Of a stretch of DNA of 64,000 bases, positions 11,731 through 22,520 are shown in pieces (position 1 is the first letter of the stretch; every line of letters starts with the position of its first letter). The translations under genes were made by a program, and so were the position numbers. The stretch is from an uncultured bacterium (GTDB taxonomy: Bacteria; Babelota; Babeliae; Babelales; Babelaceae), in NCBI GenBank assembly GCA_963848965.1, contig CAWKFG010000001.1, positions 1 to 64,000 of the forward strand, in the 5' to 3' direction. The notes below the pieces were generated by a model. The model had not been told where the DNA came from and made no database searches. It saw only the letters and a program-made list of their open reading frames with translations.

Positions 11731-12859
11731 GGAGCATTCTCTTTATCTCTAAAGCGATCTCGGTTGATTCATCGGTTGTGAGTACTGCTATTTTTGTAGC
11801 TGAGTGCTTATCTTCAATAAAACTGTTGTGTGTGCTATTTTTGCTTTCGTCAATCTGTATACCAAGCAATGCAAGCTTTTGGCAGATTCGCGAGCGTATA
11901 GGAATAGCATGCTCTCCTATGCCACCGGTAAAGATAAGAAGATCGAGTCCACCAAGTGCTACTGTATAAGCACCTATATATTTTTGAACTGCATAGACAA
12001 AGAAACTTATTGCTTCTTGTGCATGGCGATCTCCTTTTTCTTCTAATTCAAGGAGTAAGCGCATATCACCTGTTTGAGTACTTATCCCTAATAGGCCACA
12101 CTGATTTGAAAAAAAGGGAGTAGATTCTTCTACTGATAGTGAGAGATAGTGTGTAAGATAGGGTACTGCTGCTATATCAAGCATACCTATACGTGTTTGC
12201 ATAGGAAGCCCTTCTAAAGGGGTAAATCCCATAGAAGTATCAATGCTTTGTCCATCTTTTATGGCAGTAATACTACTACCACTTCCTAAATGGCATACGA
12301 GTATGCGTGCAGGAAGATGTCCTAAAAGTTTTTGTGCTGTACGTAGTACAGATTGTACAGAAAGACCATGATATCCAAATCGGTAAAGATCAAGACGTTC
12401 TGTTACTTCTCTAGGAAGAGCATATATCTTACTATGAAGGGGTAACGTACGGTGAAAAGCGCTATCAGATGCTCCTATAAGAGGAACAGCTGGTAAATAC
12501 TTTTTAAGTTCTGTAAGTTCAAAGAGTAAAGGCTCGATATGAAGTGGTGCTCTATCTTTGAGCATAAAGAGTGTCTGTAAAAATAATTCTGTTACAATGC
12601 ATGTTTGAGTAAAAAAGGTACCAGGAGCTACAACTCTTATACCTACAGCTGCAATATCTTTTGGCATGTGGTTAAGAAGATAAGCAAGGCTGTGAGCATA
12701 CTCGTTTTCAGAAATGGTAGTTGTACTCTGTTTCTTAATCGATACAAAGAACCCTTTATAAGAATGTTCAAAATGAACCTCAAGCTGCTTGGTAGTGTTC
12801 TCAAAGAGGGTATACCTTTTAGAGGAACTTCCTAGGTTTATGATGAGATACCTTTCCAT
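11723..12859 (-). CDS. ackA: Acetate kinase
   Basis: NLGSSSKRY, DSAFH, RFGYHGLS, HLGSGSS, DTSMGFTPLEGL, FTGGIGE. Confidence 0.95.
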   Translation of the reverse strand: MERYLIINLGSSSKRYTLFENTTKQLEVHFEHSYKGFFVSIKKQSTTTISENEYAHSLAYLLNHMPKDIAAVGIRVVAPGTFFTQTCIVTELFLQTLFMLKDRAPLHIEPLLFELTELKKYLPAVPLIGASDSAFHRTLPLHSKIYALPREVTERLDLYRFGYHGLSVQSVLRTAQKLLGHLPARILVCHLGSGSSITAIKDGQSIDTSMGFTPLEGLPMQTRIGMLDIAAVPYLTHYLSLSVEESTPFFSNQCGLLGISTQTGDMRLLLELEEKGDRHAQEAISFFVYAVQKYIGAYTVALGGLDLLIFTGGIGEHAIPIRSRICQKLALLGIQIDESKNSTHNSFIEDKHSATKIAVLTTDESTEIALEIKRMLPT

Positions 12860-15174
12860 TGCCACTCTTCTATTTCCTTTGGATCTACGCCATAGTTTAT
12901 AATATATTCGTGATGTTCTTTGAGTTTCTGCTTATAGTGTTTGGTGATAGTAACGCTTTCTTGTTCTGGGATAACGCCATTTTGTGCAAGAAGAGAAGCT
13001 GCTTTCATAATAAGATGATAGCGACTGGTACTATTTCTTACGTGCATATCAAAAGGCGTTGTAGTTGACCCTTCTTCTACATAACCATAGACAGAAAACC
13101 GTGCAGTATTTTTTTGTTCAAAGAGCATTGCTTGAATAGTTTCTGGATAGCCATGATAGTTTATGATAACAGGTTTATCTTCAGTAAAGTATTTGTTAAA
13201 TTCTTCAGTAGAAGAGCTTTTACAATTTCCTATAGTACTTCCTGTAAGCGTCATAATATTTACAAAGCGTGTTCTTACGTGAGGAAAGTGTGTTTTAAGG
13301 CCTTCTAATGCAGCAAGTGTCTCTTTTGTCATATAGTCACCAATAGCAGCAAATACAATATCGGGATTTTCATTACTTGCAAAATCCCAAATCATAAGGC
13401 CTGTTTTTAATTCTTGCTCTGCCATATCTATGGTGATCCATTGAGGTTCAACTGTTTTACCAGCTACTATAATATTAATCATGTTGCACGATGCAAGACA
13501 TTCTCGAAGAACACTTAATATGCTGTTACCATCAGGAGGAAAGTAGGCTTTAATAAATGGATATCTTTTTTCTAGCATACTTCCAATGAAAGCAGGACTT
13601 TGATGTGAAAATCCATTATGCTCTTGTCGCCATCCAGAAGAGGTAAGTATATAGGTAAGAGAAGGGCTTATTCCTCTCCAGGGCACTTCTTGTGCCTGCT
13701 TGAGAAATTTTGAGTGCTGATGTGCCATACTGCTTATAATCTCAATAAATGCTTCATAGGAGGAATAAATAGCATGTCTGCCGGTAAGTACATATCCTTG
13801 TGCAAGACCTTGTAACAGATGCTCACTCAGTATTTCGATAACGAGCCCATCGGGTGCAAGATCTTGGTCCCACTTTTTTAAAGGGAGCTCAAAGGCTCGA
13901 GGAGTCTCTTGTAAAATTGCATCAAGCTTATTTGAATAAATCTCATCAGGAGAAAAGAATCGTATGTTTCTTTTCTGCTTATTAAGAGCAAATACTTCTT
14001 TAAGATAGAGTCCTGCACGACGCATACTACTTGCTTCTTGTATACCAGGATGTGAGATATCTTCTGCAAGCGTATGAGGATCTGGCAAGATAAGAGGTTT
14101 ATATACCTTGCTGCTATAAGCATGCTTATTTTCACCCATTTTAAGAGAACCTCGTGGAATAAGGGAGAGAATATCTTTATCAAATCCTTTGTGTACATCA
14201 AAAAGCTCTTCAAAATGATATGATCGAAGCCACTTTTCTAACGCTTTACGTTCAAGACGGTCAGTTTTGGCATGATCTGCTACAACTTGATGAGAAAGGT
14301 TGTTACCTTCAATTTTTTTACCATGCAGGTACTTTATTCCTGTCCATCCTTTTGGTGTTTTTAAAATAATGAGAGGAAATTTATTAAATTGCGCTTTTTT
14401 CTGAGCTTGCTTTTTAATATCTTGAATAAGCTTATGACTTATCTCAAGTGCTTGTAACATCTTTTCGTATACAGCTGCACCTTCAACAATAAGGGGGTAA
14501 TAGCCATAGCCACTAAATAGTGTTTTAAGTTCTCTGTTGCTCATTCTACCAAAAATAGTTGGTCCTGATATTTTATAGCCATTAAGGTGAAGTATTGGTA
14601 ATACTGTGCCATTTGTGTGCGGATCAATGAATTTGCTTAAATGCCAAGAGGCGGCAGTAGGTCCTGTTTCAGCTTCACCATCGCCAATAAGACAAGCTAC
14701 AAGCAGGTCTGGATTATCAAGTGCTGCACCATAGGCAGTTGAAAGAGCATACCCTAACTCTCCTCCTTCTAAAATTGCTCCAGGAGTTGTAGGATTTGTA
14801 TGACTTGGAAAACCATACGGCCAACTAAAATTTTTGCACAGATAAGCAATGCCCTCTGCTGTATGAGTAGCTTGTGGATAATACTTACTAAGTGTTCCTT
14901 CAAGAAAAAGGTTTGCTTGTAAAGCAGGAAATCCATGACCAGGTCCTAGAACGAAGAGTGTTGAAACATGATACATATTTATACTGTTATTAAGATAAGC
15001 GTATGTAAAATTAATACCAGGACAGGTACCCCAGTGACCTAAAAGACGAGATTTTATATCCTCTGGTTCTAGCGGTCGTTCAAGGAGAAAATTATCCTTT
15101 AAATAAATTTGAGCAGCCGATAAGTAATTAGCAGCTCGTACATATTTTTTAAGGGCACTAATGTTCTGTTTCAT
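12838..15174 (-). CDS. xfp: Xylulose-5-P/fructose-6-P phosphoketolase
   Basis: LLGHWGTCPG, EGGELGYAL, GDGEAETGP, WRQEHNGFSHQ, EEGSTTTPFDM. Confidence 0.95.
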   Translation of the reverse strand: MKQNISALKKYVRAANYLSAAQIYLKDNFLLERPLEPEDIKSRLLGHWGTCPGINFTYAYLNNSINMYHVSTLFVLGPGHGFPALQANLFLEGTLSKYYPQATHTAEGIAYLCKNFSWPYGFPSHTNPTTPGAILEGGELGYALSTAYGAALDNPDLLVACLIGDGEAETGPTAASWHLSKFIDPHTNGTVLPILHLNGYKISGPTIFGRMSNRELKTLFSGYGYYPLIVEGAAVYEKMLQALEISHKLIQDIKKQAQKKAQFNKFPLIILKTPKGWTGIKYLHGKKIEGNNLSHQVVADHAKTDRLERKALEKWLRSYHFEELFDVHKGFDKDILSLIPRGSLKMGENKHAYSSKVYKPLILPDPHTLAEDISHPGIQEASSMRRAGLYLKEVFALNKQKRNIRFFSPDEIYSNKLDAILQETPRAFELPLKKWDQDLAPDGLVIEILSEHLLQGLAQGYVLTGRHAIYSSYEAFIEIISSMAHQHSKFLKQAQEVPWRGISPSLTYILTSSGWRQEHNGFSHQSPAFIGSMLEKRYPFIKAYFPPDGNSILSVLRECLASCNMINIIVAGKTVEPQWITIDMAEQELKTGLMIWDFASNENPDIVFAAIGDYMTKETLAALEGLKTHFPHVRTRFVNIMTLTGSTIGNCKSSSTEEFNKYFTEDKPVIINYHGYPETIQAMLFEQKNTARFSVYGYVEEGSTTTPFDMHVRNSTSRYHLIMKAASLLAQNGVIPEQESVTITKHYKQKLKEHHEYIINYGVDPKEIEEWQWKGISS

Positions 15175-15514
15175 TGGTTTCCATGTAAAGAGATAGCTAT
15201 CTTTATAATGTTATAGCACAGTTCCATTCTGGTTTTCAAACGTACGTATGCCTTTTTGAAAATATCCTAGGAGCTATTGTGAAACCGATGCTTCTAGAAA
15301 TTATGGATATGGTATCTCACAAAAAGAATCCTTTTGATTAAAGTGATTTTTTATAATATTTATTTTTTTTAAATAGTTAATTCACTAGCCATCCCTCTTA
15401 AATATTGACTGTTTTGAAAATAAATTTACACTAGTATCAAAGATAAAATATGGTAAAATACAGTAAGATTTTTGGGCGTATGTCTCTTTAAATCATGTTA
15501 TACAGGATTAAAGT

Positions 15515-18106
15515 ATGTTTATTATAAAATCATATAAGTGGTTACTAGGTGGTATATTTATTTTTAGTATGCACTCTCTTATAAGTATGAAAAGAGGAGA
15601 AGCTGATTTTCTTAGTGCAGAGCCTTTGAATGCTGAAGTAAGTAAAAAGCAAAAAGTAGATAGTCATGTGCTTACTATAAGACTATTAGATGCTGTTCAA
15701 AAGAATGATGGTCATGAAATTAAAGAGCTTATACGTCAAGGTGCTGATATTAACGCAGAAGATGCTGATGGTTGTACGCCGCTCATGATTGCTGTACAAA
15801 AAGAGTACTGCGATCTTGTTAAACAGTTTATTGAATGGGGAGCAGATATTAACGCTCAAGATGATGAAAGTAATACTGCATTATTTTATGCTGTAGAAGT
15901 TGGTAACAAAGAGCTCGTCAGAATACTTATTGATGCCGGTATTGATGTAAAGTGGACTAATTGTGATGATGTATCCGCACTTGAACTTGCTGCACAAAAG
16001 GCTAATGAAAGTGTTATGGAAGAGCTTTTACAAGCAGAACATGGTAATCGAAGAAAGGCAGAAGCACTCGCAGCCGCTGCTTATAGTGGCAACCCAGCTG
16101 CAGTAGAAAAGCTCTTGAAAGCAGGAGCTCAGGTTAATATGCCTTTGCAAGGAAACTTAACACCATGTATGTATGCTGTTGCAGGAAGACACAAAGAATT
16201 ATTAAAGAAGATTCTAGAAGCAGGAGCTGTTCCAACGAGTCATGATGAGCATAATATTTCTCCTCTGCTCTATGCAGTATGGAATAAACAGGAAGAAGCT
16301 GCTCAGTTGCTTATCAAACATGGTGCTTCTTCAGAGCCTGAAAAATTTGATGAAGCTCAAGAATTTGATAAGGAGCTTATACGCGCGTTAATAAAAAAAG
16401 ATATAAAGCAAGCATTATTCGTTTTAGAATTAGGAGCTAAAGTGCTTCCTCTCTTTCGTAAGATTGAGAATGAAAAGGATGATAATTTGCTCCAAACGCT
16501 TATTGAAGTAGTTGGCGGCGATGTAAACACAGTAAATAGTTATGGTTATACCTGTTTAATGATGGCAGCAGAGGCTGGTTTTTTGTATATAACTCAAGCG
16601 CTTCTAAAAAAGGGTGCTCAAGTAGACATAAAAACAGAGACTGAGGTAACGGCACTTACCTTAGCTGCAGCAAATGGGCATAAAGAAATAGTACAAGAGC
16701 TTCTTGCTCATGGAGCACTACCTGTATCAAATGACGCTGTAACTGATGATAGCAATGCATTTTTATTGGCTGTAATACGAGATGATCTTCCTACGGCTTC
16801 TTCCTTTATAGCATTACGCGGTAGAGATATTGCGCGAGTTTGTGGAGATGGTGGTATGACTTCTCTCATGTGGGCTGCTTGTATGAACAGTACACATGTG
16901 CTAAAAAGCTTGCTAGACGCAAAAGTTTCATTTGTTAAAAAAGACGCGCTTGGAAATACTGCTCTTTCTTTTGCTGTTGCTGCAGGAAATACGGCTATTG
17001 TGAAAGAATTTTTAGAAAATCAGTTTAAAAAGGTAGATTCAGAATCCAGATTTAACGATTTTATACAAAGAGTGTTTTCTTTTGTTAAACAGTATGTGTC
17101 TGCATTCTGGTCTCTTGCTGTGTCACCACAAGAACTTGTCGAAAGTATGTGTGCTACTTTGAAAGCTTCTTCATATACTGGAACAAACGATTTTATTATT
17201 ACCGTAGATAAGTTATTAGAAGAGAAATCTGCAAACTTCAAAGGTAATTTGAGAAGTATGGTAATCTTTTTTAGAGATTTTGTGAATGGCCAAAATAATG
17301 AAGGAGAGACGCCTTTAATGCTTGCTATTGGACGTAATCGTAAAGAGATATTTAACATGCTTTTAGAAGCGGGTGCACGGTGTGATGTAGCAAATAAAGA
17401 CGGAGATACACCGGTATCTCTAGCAATAGGTGAAGGTAATTGGGCGATGATGGTCAAGCTTGTAGAAAAAGGTGGTATAGGTAAGTTGAATGTTGAAGAG
17501 GTTTCAAAAAAACGAACTGAGGAGTATCTTCCTTTCTTCTTAAGCTCCTTTTCTCAACCGGAGATAGATCAATATCTTCGTAACTATAAAAAGTATCTTG
17601 CGTTTAGCAATGAAGAAATAAAGGCTCACTTGCTTGGAAGAACCTGTTTTAAAGATAATCATAGTAGATGCTTTCATCAAACAGTACTCATGTGGGCTGC
17701 ATTGTTTGGTCATGAAGAAATGGTAGATAAGCTTTTGGGATGCTCATTACCTGTATGGTATCTGAATGTGCACGATGCTTATGGTTGGACTGCAGTACGG
17801 TATGCGCTTCTTGTAGGCAACAGAAGTATAGCTCTTAAGCTTATTAATGCACACGAACAAGCGAGTAGCTCTTTAAAAAATAAAAGGGTTATTAACATTG
17901 CTGATGATAGAGGTGATACTGCTTTAATTCGTGCAATTGAACAAGGAGACTTATTACTTGTCAAACGTCTTATTAAAGTAGGAGCATGGCCTACTATAAG
18001 AGCAATCAAAGTTGCTGTTGAATTAGGCTATAGTGAAATGGCTACTCGTCTTCTTTCACTAATAGCTCTTAAGCCTAATGGACAACGATGGCCTAATCTT
18101 ATGTAG
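15515..18106 (+). CDS. Secreted ankyrin-repeat protein
   Basis: Signal peptide followed by many G.TPLM.A / GADIN repeats. Confidence 0.9.
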   Translation: MFIIKSYKWLLGGIFIFSMHSLISMKRGEADFLSAEPLNAEVSKKQKVDSHVLTIRLLDAVQKNDGHEIKELIRQGADINAEDADGCTPLMIAVQKEYCDLVKQFIEWGADINAQDDESNTALFYAVEVGNKELVRILIDAGIDVKWTNCDDVSALELAAQKANESVMEELLQAEHGNRRKAEALAAAAYSGNPAAVEKLLKAGAQVNMPLQGNLTPCMYAVAGRHKELLKKILEAGAVPTSHDEHNISPLLYAVWNKQEEAAQLLIKHGASSEPEKFDEAQEFDKELIRALIKKDIKQALFVLELGAKVLPLFRKIENEKDDNLLQTLIEVVGGDVNTVNSYGYTCLMMAAEAGFLYITQALLKKGAQVDIKTETEVTALTLAAANGHKEIVQELLAHGALPVSNDAVTDDSNAFLLAVIRDDLPTASSFIALRGRDIARVCGDGGMTSLMWAACMNSTHVLKSLLDAKVSFVKKDALGNTALSFAVAAGNTAIVKEFLENQFKKVDSESRFNDFIQRVFSFVKQYVSAFWSLAVSPQELVESMCATLKASSYTGTNDFIITVDKLLEEKSANFKGNLRSMVIFFRDFVNGQNNEGETPLMLAIGRNRKEIFNMLLEAGARCDVANKDGDTPVSLAIGEGNWAMMVKLVEKGGIGKLNVEEVSKKRTEEYLPFFLSSFSQPEIDQYLRNYKKYLAFSNEEIKAHLLGRTCFKDNHSRCFHQTVLMWAALFGHEEMVDKLLGCSLPVWYLNVHDAYGWTAVRYALLVGNRSIALKLINAHEQASSSLKNKRVINIADDRGDTALIRAIEQGDLLLVKRLIKVGAWPTIRAIKVAVELGYSEMATRLLSLIALKPNGQRWPNLM

Positions 18107-18307
18107 TAGACCGAAGCTTAAAAAGATTGAGCAGCTTGTATTAGCTTAGGTATATAGTGAAACAGCTATAGCTGTTTTAAAACACTTTGAAAAATACCTT
18201 ATAGACGTTGCTCCAAATGACCTGAATTACTATTTATGCAGTTAACTATTAGATCAAAGGAAAGCTCAATGTTCTAGTATTGCAGGTATTTTTAGAGACT
18301 CATAAGA

Positions 18308-18331
18308 ATAGCCCTGGTTTACCAGGGCTAT
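18308..18331. terminator. Hairpin between convergent genes
   Basis: ATAGCCCTGGT-TT-ACCAGGGCTAT. Confidence 0.6.
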
Positions 18332-18365
18332 GTATATCTGTAGTAGAAATAAGGACTTAGCTTCT

Positions 18366-19883
18366 TTATTTCATATCTTTATTCCACCAATGCTGCATAT
18401 TGTATCCCGTACGTATATTATGTTCTATTCTATCCCATGTTTCCATTTTGGATTGCAACTGTTGTAATCCAGTTTTCATGTTTTCAAGAGAAATAGCGCC
18501 TTCAGCAGATATTGTATCATTAATACAAATTAGAACTTGCCTTATCTCTTGAAAACATTCTATAACTTTATTAGTATATTGTATTTGGTGCTCGAGTAGT
18601 ATTGGTTTTACAAGATCTCTTTGTTTTATAAGGGCTTTTTCGTATAATTCTAGCACAGGAATCAATTCAATAAGTTTTTGTTTTATAGGTCTAAAATTGT
18701 GTGTTAGTATGCCTCCTTTAAGATAACAGTCTTTAAATGTCTCGTATTGGTAATTGAAGAAATTTCTAAGGTATGTTACTTGAGAAGGTACTTCTAAAGG
18801 ATATTCTTGTAATTGACTTTTTAATACCTCTCTCTCATGAACTTGTAGTTGTAATCTTTGAAGATTTGAAGTGGCAGTTGTAACGCTCTCTAGTAAGTGT
18901 TGCTCTCTTTGTTGCCATTGCTGATGTATCTTTGACCACTCTTGATGTTGCCCTTGTAATTGGTTATTGCTAGTAGCAAGTAAGTCTGTTAATCGTTTGA
19001 TTTCATTATTATCTTCTAATGATTTTTGTGCCGATTTAGCGCACTCGCCTTGTAATTGTTTTTCTAATGCAGATTTTTCTACACTTAGTTGATCAACTTG
19101 TTGTTTAACAGCAGCTACTGTGCTGTTACAAGCGCTCTCGAAAGAGCTTCTTGAAGAATGAAGATCGTTAAGTTGCTGCTGTATCTCTACAAATTTATTA
19201 ACCTGTCTCGTAACAGTAGCCATAAGGTGTTCAGGTTGGCTTAGGCAAGCAAATTCTTCTTTTAGAATATTAATTTTAGTTTGTATAAATGGAAGACTCT
19301 GTGCAATTACTGTAAGTAAGTCCCAATTATCAGTTTTTTGTATCCTCAATTTTAATAATTCGATTTCCTTTTTCCAGATAACTTGTTGCATATTAGCAAC
19401 TATCTCTCCTCTAAGGAAACCAACTACTATTATTAAACGATTAACTACTGCTATTTTAGATGCCAAAGCAAGCTCAATTATCGTTTCAGGCGAGTCCAGC
19501 TTTGAGCCATCTGCTTGACTTAAAGCTTGAAAATATTCTTTCCAGCATGGATATTCAGGAATAAGTATATTGGCAAGCGAACTTATTTGCTCGACTTTAC
19601 GTTCTTTTTCAAGTTCAGTCTTTGGTGCATCTGCTCCCGTAAATAGCAAAGCATAGAGATACTTATCTACTGTTGGATTACCCTCTTGTATTTGTTTGTG
19701 CTCTTTCCAAGCGTTAAATGCAAGTATGAGACCTTGTACAACTTCTTGATTTGCTCCCGTCGTTTCCGTTGCATAACGAGCTAGATCGTTTAAGAATAGT
19801 GGTTGATTTACTTTCTCTATCTCCATTGCATAACAAGCTAGATTGCTTAATAATAATAGACTAAAGTAGATTGTTTTGCTCAT
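18366..19883 (-). CDS. Secreted coiled-coil hypothetical protein
   Basis: MSKTIYFSLLLLSNLACYA|MEIEK; long Q/E/L-rich heptad region. Confidence 0.8.
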   Translation of the reverse strand: MSKTIYFSLLLLSNLACYAMEIEKVNQPLFLNDLARYATETTGANQEVVQGLILAFNAWKEHKQIQEGNPTVDKYLYALLFTGADAPKTELEKERKVEQISSLANILIPEYPCWKEYFQALSQADGSKLDSPETIIELALASKIAVVNRLIIVVGFLRGEIVANMQQVIWKKEIELLKLRIQKTDNWDLLTVIAQSLPFIQTKINILKEEFACLSQPEHLMATVTRQVNKFVEIQQQLNDLHSSRSSFESACNSTVAAVKQQVDQLSVEKSALEKQLQGECAKSAQKSLEDNNEIKRLTDLLATSNNQLQGQHQEWSKIHQQWQQREQHLLESVTTATSNLQRLQLQVHEREVLKSQLQEYPLEVPSQVTYLRNFFNYQYETFKDCYLKGGILTHNFRPIKQKLIELIPVLELYEKALIKQRDLVKPILLEHQIQYTNKVIECFQEIRQVLICINDTISAEGAISLENMKTGLQQLQSKMETWDRIEHNIRTGYNMQHWWNKDMK

Positions 19884-20224
19884 ATTTGTCCCTTTTAGGT
19901 TAACTGGCAATTACACTTAATAAGATTATTATAAGTTGAGACTTAAAATTGTCAAAGTAATTTCTTTCAGTAAAGAATAAGTAAAGATTTAGCTCAATTT
20001 TTGAAGAGGCTAAGCTATAATCGTGAGGCTTGACAGGCAGAGCGATCGCATATAATTTTAAGCAAGAAGAATATTACAGGAAAGGCAGGTTGCAGGCAAC
20101 CTTGGCGCTTTTGCAAGCTCGTCAAGATAGAGTTTTGCATCATAGTACAAGCTGTGTTGATTGAGCTCCCTTTCAGATTTTTTTAATGCGATTGCCCTAA
20201 GTAGAGCGAAAGCGAAGGATTCTT

Positions 20225-20596
20225 ATGATTAAAGTCATGCTAAAATTAGTCATTTGCACAGTATTTATAATGATTTCTCTGCATGCAATGCAGCAAGAAG
20301 TTAAACCAACTAATATTGTTACAAGCAAAATTGAGCAGACTAAAAGCGGTATTGTAGAAGCTCTAACTGAGGCAAGAGCAGTCTTGCATCTTATAAAAGA
20401 ACATCCTGTGCAAACAGTTGGCTTAATATCAGCAAGTGTGTTATTGCTTGCTTTATTTTGGGTTATTAGTCAACCGAGCCCACCTTCGTGTCTTGACTGT
20501 CTTGAAGCAGCGGCTTTTTCTGAGCGAGGGCCTTCTTCTTGTGATTTCATATGCAAAATCCCTATTTTAGGGAAATCCCACTTGACAGGACATTAG
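20225..20596 (+). CDS. Secreted/membrane hypothetical protein
   Basis: Signal peptide ending SLHA|MQQE, one hydrophobic segment, Cys-rich tail. Confidence 0.7.
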   Translation: MIKVMLKLVICTVFIMISLHAMQQEVKPTNIVTSKIEQTKSGIVEALTEARAVLHLIKEHPVQTVGLISASVLLLALFWVISQPSPPSCLDCLEAAAFSERGPSSCDFICKIPILGKSHLTGH

Positions 20597-20618
20597 TTTT
20601 TAAGCTACAACTTGAATC

Positions 20619-20948
20619 ATGGACTACAAGATAGAGATTCGTATCTATAAAACAGATACGGGAAAATCGCCTTATAAGATATGGCGAAACGAGCTAGATA
20701 AAAGCGTACAAGCTATCATAGCTAAGAGATTAGATCGAGTGCGTTTAAATAATTTCGGTGATTGTACTTGAATAAAAGATGGGAATGGTATATGAGAGTT
20801 AATAATCGATGTAGGTCCTGGTTATAGAATCTACTTCGGTAAGGTAAATACTACCGTAGCCTTGCTCTTAACAGGTGGGATAAAAAAGAATCAAACTAAA
20901 GATATAGAAAAAGCAAAAAAATATTGGCTTGATTTCTTGGAGGAGTAA
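20619..20948 (+). pseudogene. HigB/RelE-type addiction-module toxin with two in-frame TGA stops (20769, 20793)
   Basis: RLDRVRLNNFGDCT*IKDGNGI*ELIIDVGPGYRIYFG...LLLTGGIKKNQTKDIEKAKKYW. Confidence 0.85.
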
Positions 20949-20949
20949 A

Positions 20950-21264
20950 ATGAAAAAAACATTAAGTTATCATGATGATTTAATAGAAAATCTAAAAGAC
21001 ATAGATTTTAGCATAGCATATCTAAACGAATGTCTTAATGATGAAGACCCTCGCCTCTTCTTAAATGCTCTTCGCAATGTTTTGGAAGCACAAGGAGGTC
21101 TTAAAGAGGCCGCAAAAAAAGCAGACTTGAATAGAGAAAATCTTTATAGGATGCTTTCTGATAAAGGTAACCCACAAATAAATAGTATATATAAACTTAT
21201 GAGTAGTCTTGGTCTTAGACTCTCTGTAGGCCAATCAGATGAAAACAAGGCCCATAAAAACTAA
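20950..21264 (+). CDS. Addiction-module antidote (HTH antitoxin)
   Basis: AYLNECL...FLNALRNV...LNRENLYRMLSDKGNP. Confidence 0.9.
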   Translation: MKKTLSYHDDLIENLKDIDFSIAYLNECLNDEDPRLFLNALRNVLEAQGGLKEAAKKADLNRENLYRMLSDKGNPQINSIYKLMSSLGLRLSVGQSDENKAHKN

Positions 21265-21334
21265 TATATGCCTGTATACAATTAAGTGTCTTTCTATTTT
21301 AAAGAATTAGTAAAGTATATCAAGAGTAGGAAAA

Positions 21335-21457
21335 ATGAGCAAATTTTCGGCAAGATTGAGGAAAGCCCTAGAAGAAATAAAACAATGCGAAGAAGGTAAA
21401 GTTACACTTCGTACAGAACTTATAGAGATTCCAGAACCACCAGCACCCCTTAAATAA
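21335..21457 (+). pseudogene. Probable N-terminal remnant of a HigA-like antitoxin
   Basis: MSKFSARLRKALEEIKQCEEGKVTLRTELIEIPEPP stops before any HTH. Confidence 0.45.
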
Positions 21458-21560
21458 TAAGCTTTGAGCATTTTGCTTATAAAAAGTTGAATTCTTATCT
21501 TTTTTGAATTATTCTAAAAAATAAGTGGTATTTGTTTAGCTTTAGGCAAAGGGGTGTTCA

Positions 21561-21842
21561 ATGGTAAAGATTAAAATTACTCTAGTACTGCTGTTTATTA
21601 CTCTCGGTATTTCTAGTAATATGAGCGCTATGGCACCGGCTGCTCAGCAAGAAGAGGTTTCTATTGTAGGATTGTTAAAGCGTGGATGTAAGGACCTATG
21701 GACTTGGCTTGACAAAGTTGCTGAAGAAGAAGATAGGATAGATAGAGAAAGCCTTGATAAATTATTTAGAAAGCAAGAAAAAGATAGTAATCATACTCCA
21801 AGTGGCTCAAAAGAAAATACAGTTCCTAGTAAACAAAAATGA
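21561..21842 (+). CDS. Small secreted hypothetical protein
   Basis: Signal peptide ending NMSA|MAPAA; GGGG Shine-Dalgarno-like site. Confidence 0.7.
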   Translation: MVKIKITLVLLFITLGISSNMSAMAPAAQQEEVSIVGLLKRGCKDLWTWLDKVAEEEDRIDRESLDKLFRKQEKDSNHTPSGSKENTVPSKQK

Positions 21843-21894
21843 CTACTGTTGGTACTTTTGCTTTATTTAAATATTGTGTGATAGCTTAGGCTTT

Positions 21895-22305
21895 CTATGA
21901 GCTGCTCTTTAGAGGAGATTTATAGTAAGGCTCGTAAGTATAACCATCTAGATATTTTTTAAAAGAAAAAAGCGCAGTTTGCCACTTTGAGTATGCAAGT
22001 TCTAATAGTGCTATTACTGCGACTAAATTAACAGTACATTGAAAACCATTCATCAAATTTCCATATGGGTTCCCTCGAGGATCAGAATATCCTATTGCTT
22101 TCTGTAATCTATTGATTGTGAAACAGGCAGCAGCAAAATACATAAATGCAGTAGAGCTGCATCCTAAAGCTTTAAACATCTCGTATCCCCTATCTACATT
22201 AACTGTTTTTGGTCGTTGGTATGTTTGCTGAGGATTATCTTGTGTCATAGAATATACTGTGCTTATCAAGAATAAGAAAGGCAATAGTAAAAACATTATT
22301 TTCAT
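21895..22305 (-). CDS. Secreted/membrane hypothetical protein
   Basis: MKIMFLLLPFLFLISTVYS|MTQ; two hydrophobic segments. Confidence 0.7.
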   Translation of the reverse strand: MKIMFLLLPFLFLISTVYSMTQDNPQQTYQRPKTVNVDRGYEMFKALGCSSTAFMYFAAACFTINRLQKAIGYSDPRGNPYGNLMNGFQCTVNLVAVIALLELAYSKWQTALFSFKKYLDGYTYEPYYKSPLKSSS

Positions 22306-22520
22306 AGAAATTCCTTTATATATTTCATTGGTTTCTGTATGCAAACAAGGTTATAGCATGGATAACGTATGTTCTTCAAGAGATTAGAATTTTGATTAGT
22401 GCGTTTATAATAATAATTGTAATTTATTGCTATTTTTTAATACAAAGCTATAATTAAACTGGATGTATATACTATGCTCTCTAGACGTTTTGTAGGATCT
22501 ATCACTAAAGTAGGAATACT

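Noticed and set aside
20769..20795. TGA recoding (Trp/Gly/Sec) suggested by two in-frame TGA codons
   Set aside because: The same gene uses TGG for Trp, TGA terminates other genes here (21842, 45889), conserved genes contain no in-frame TGA, and the tRNA-Trp anticodon is CCA
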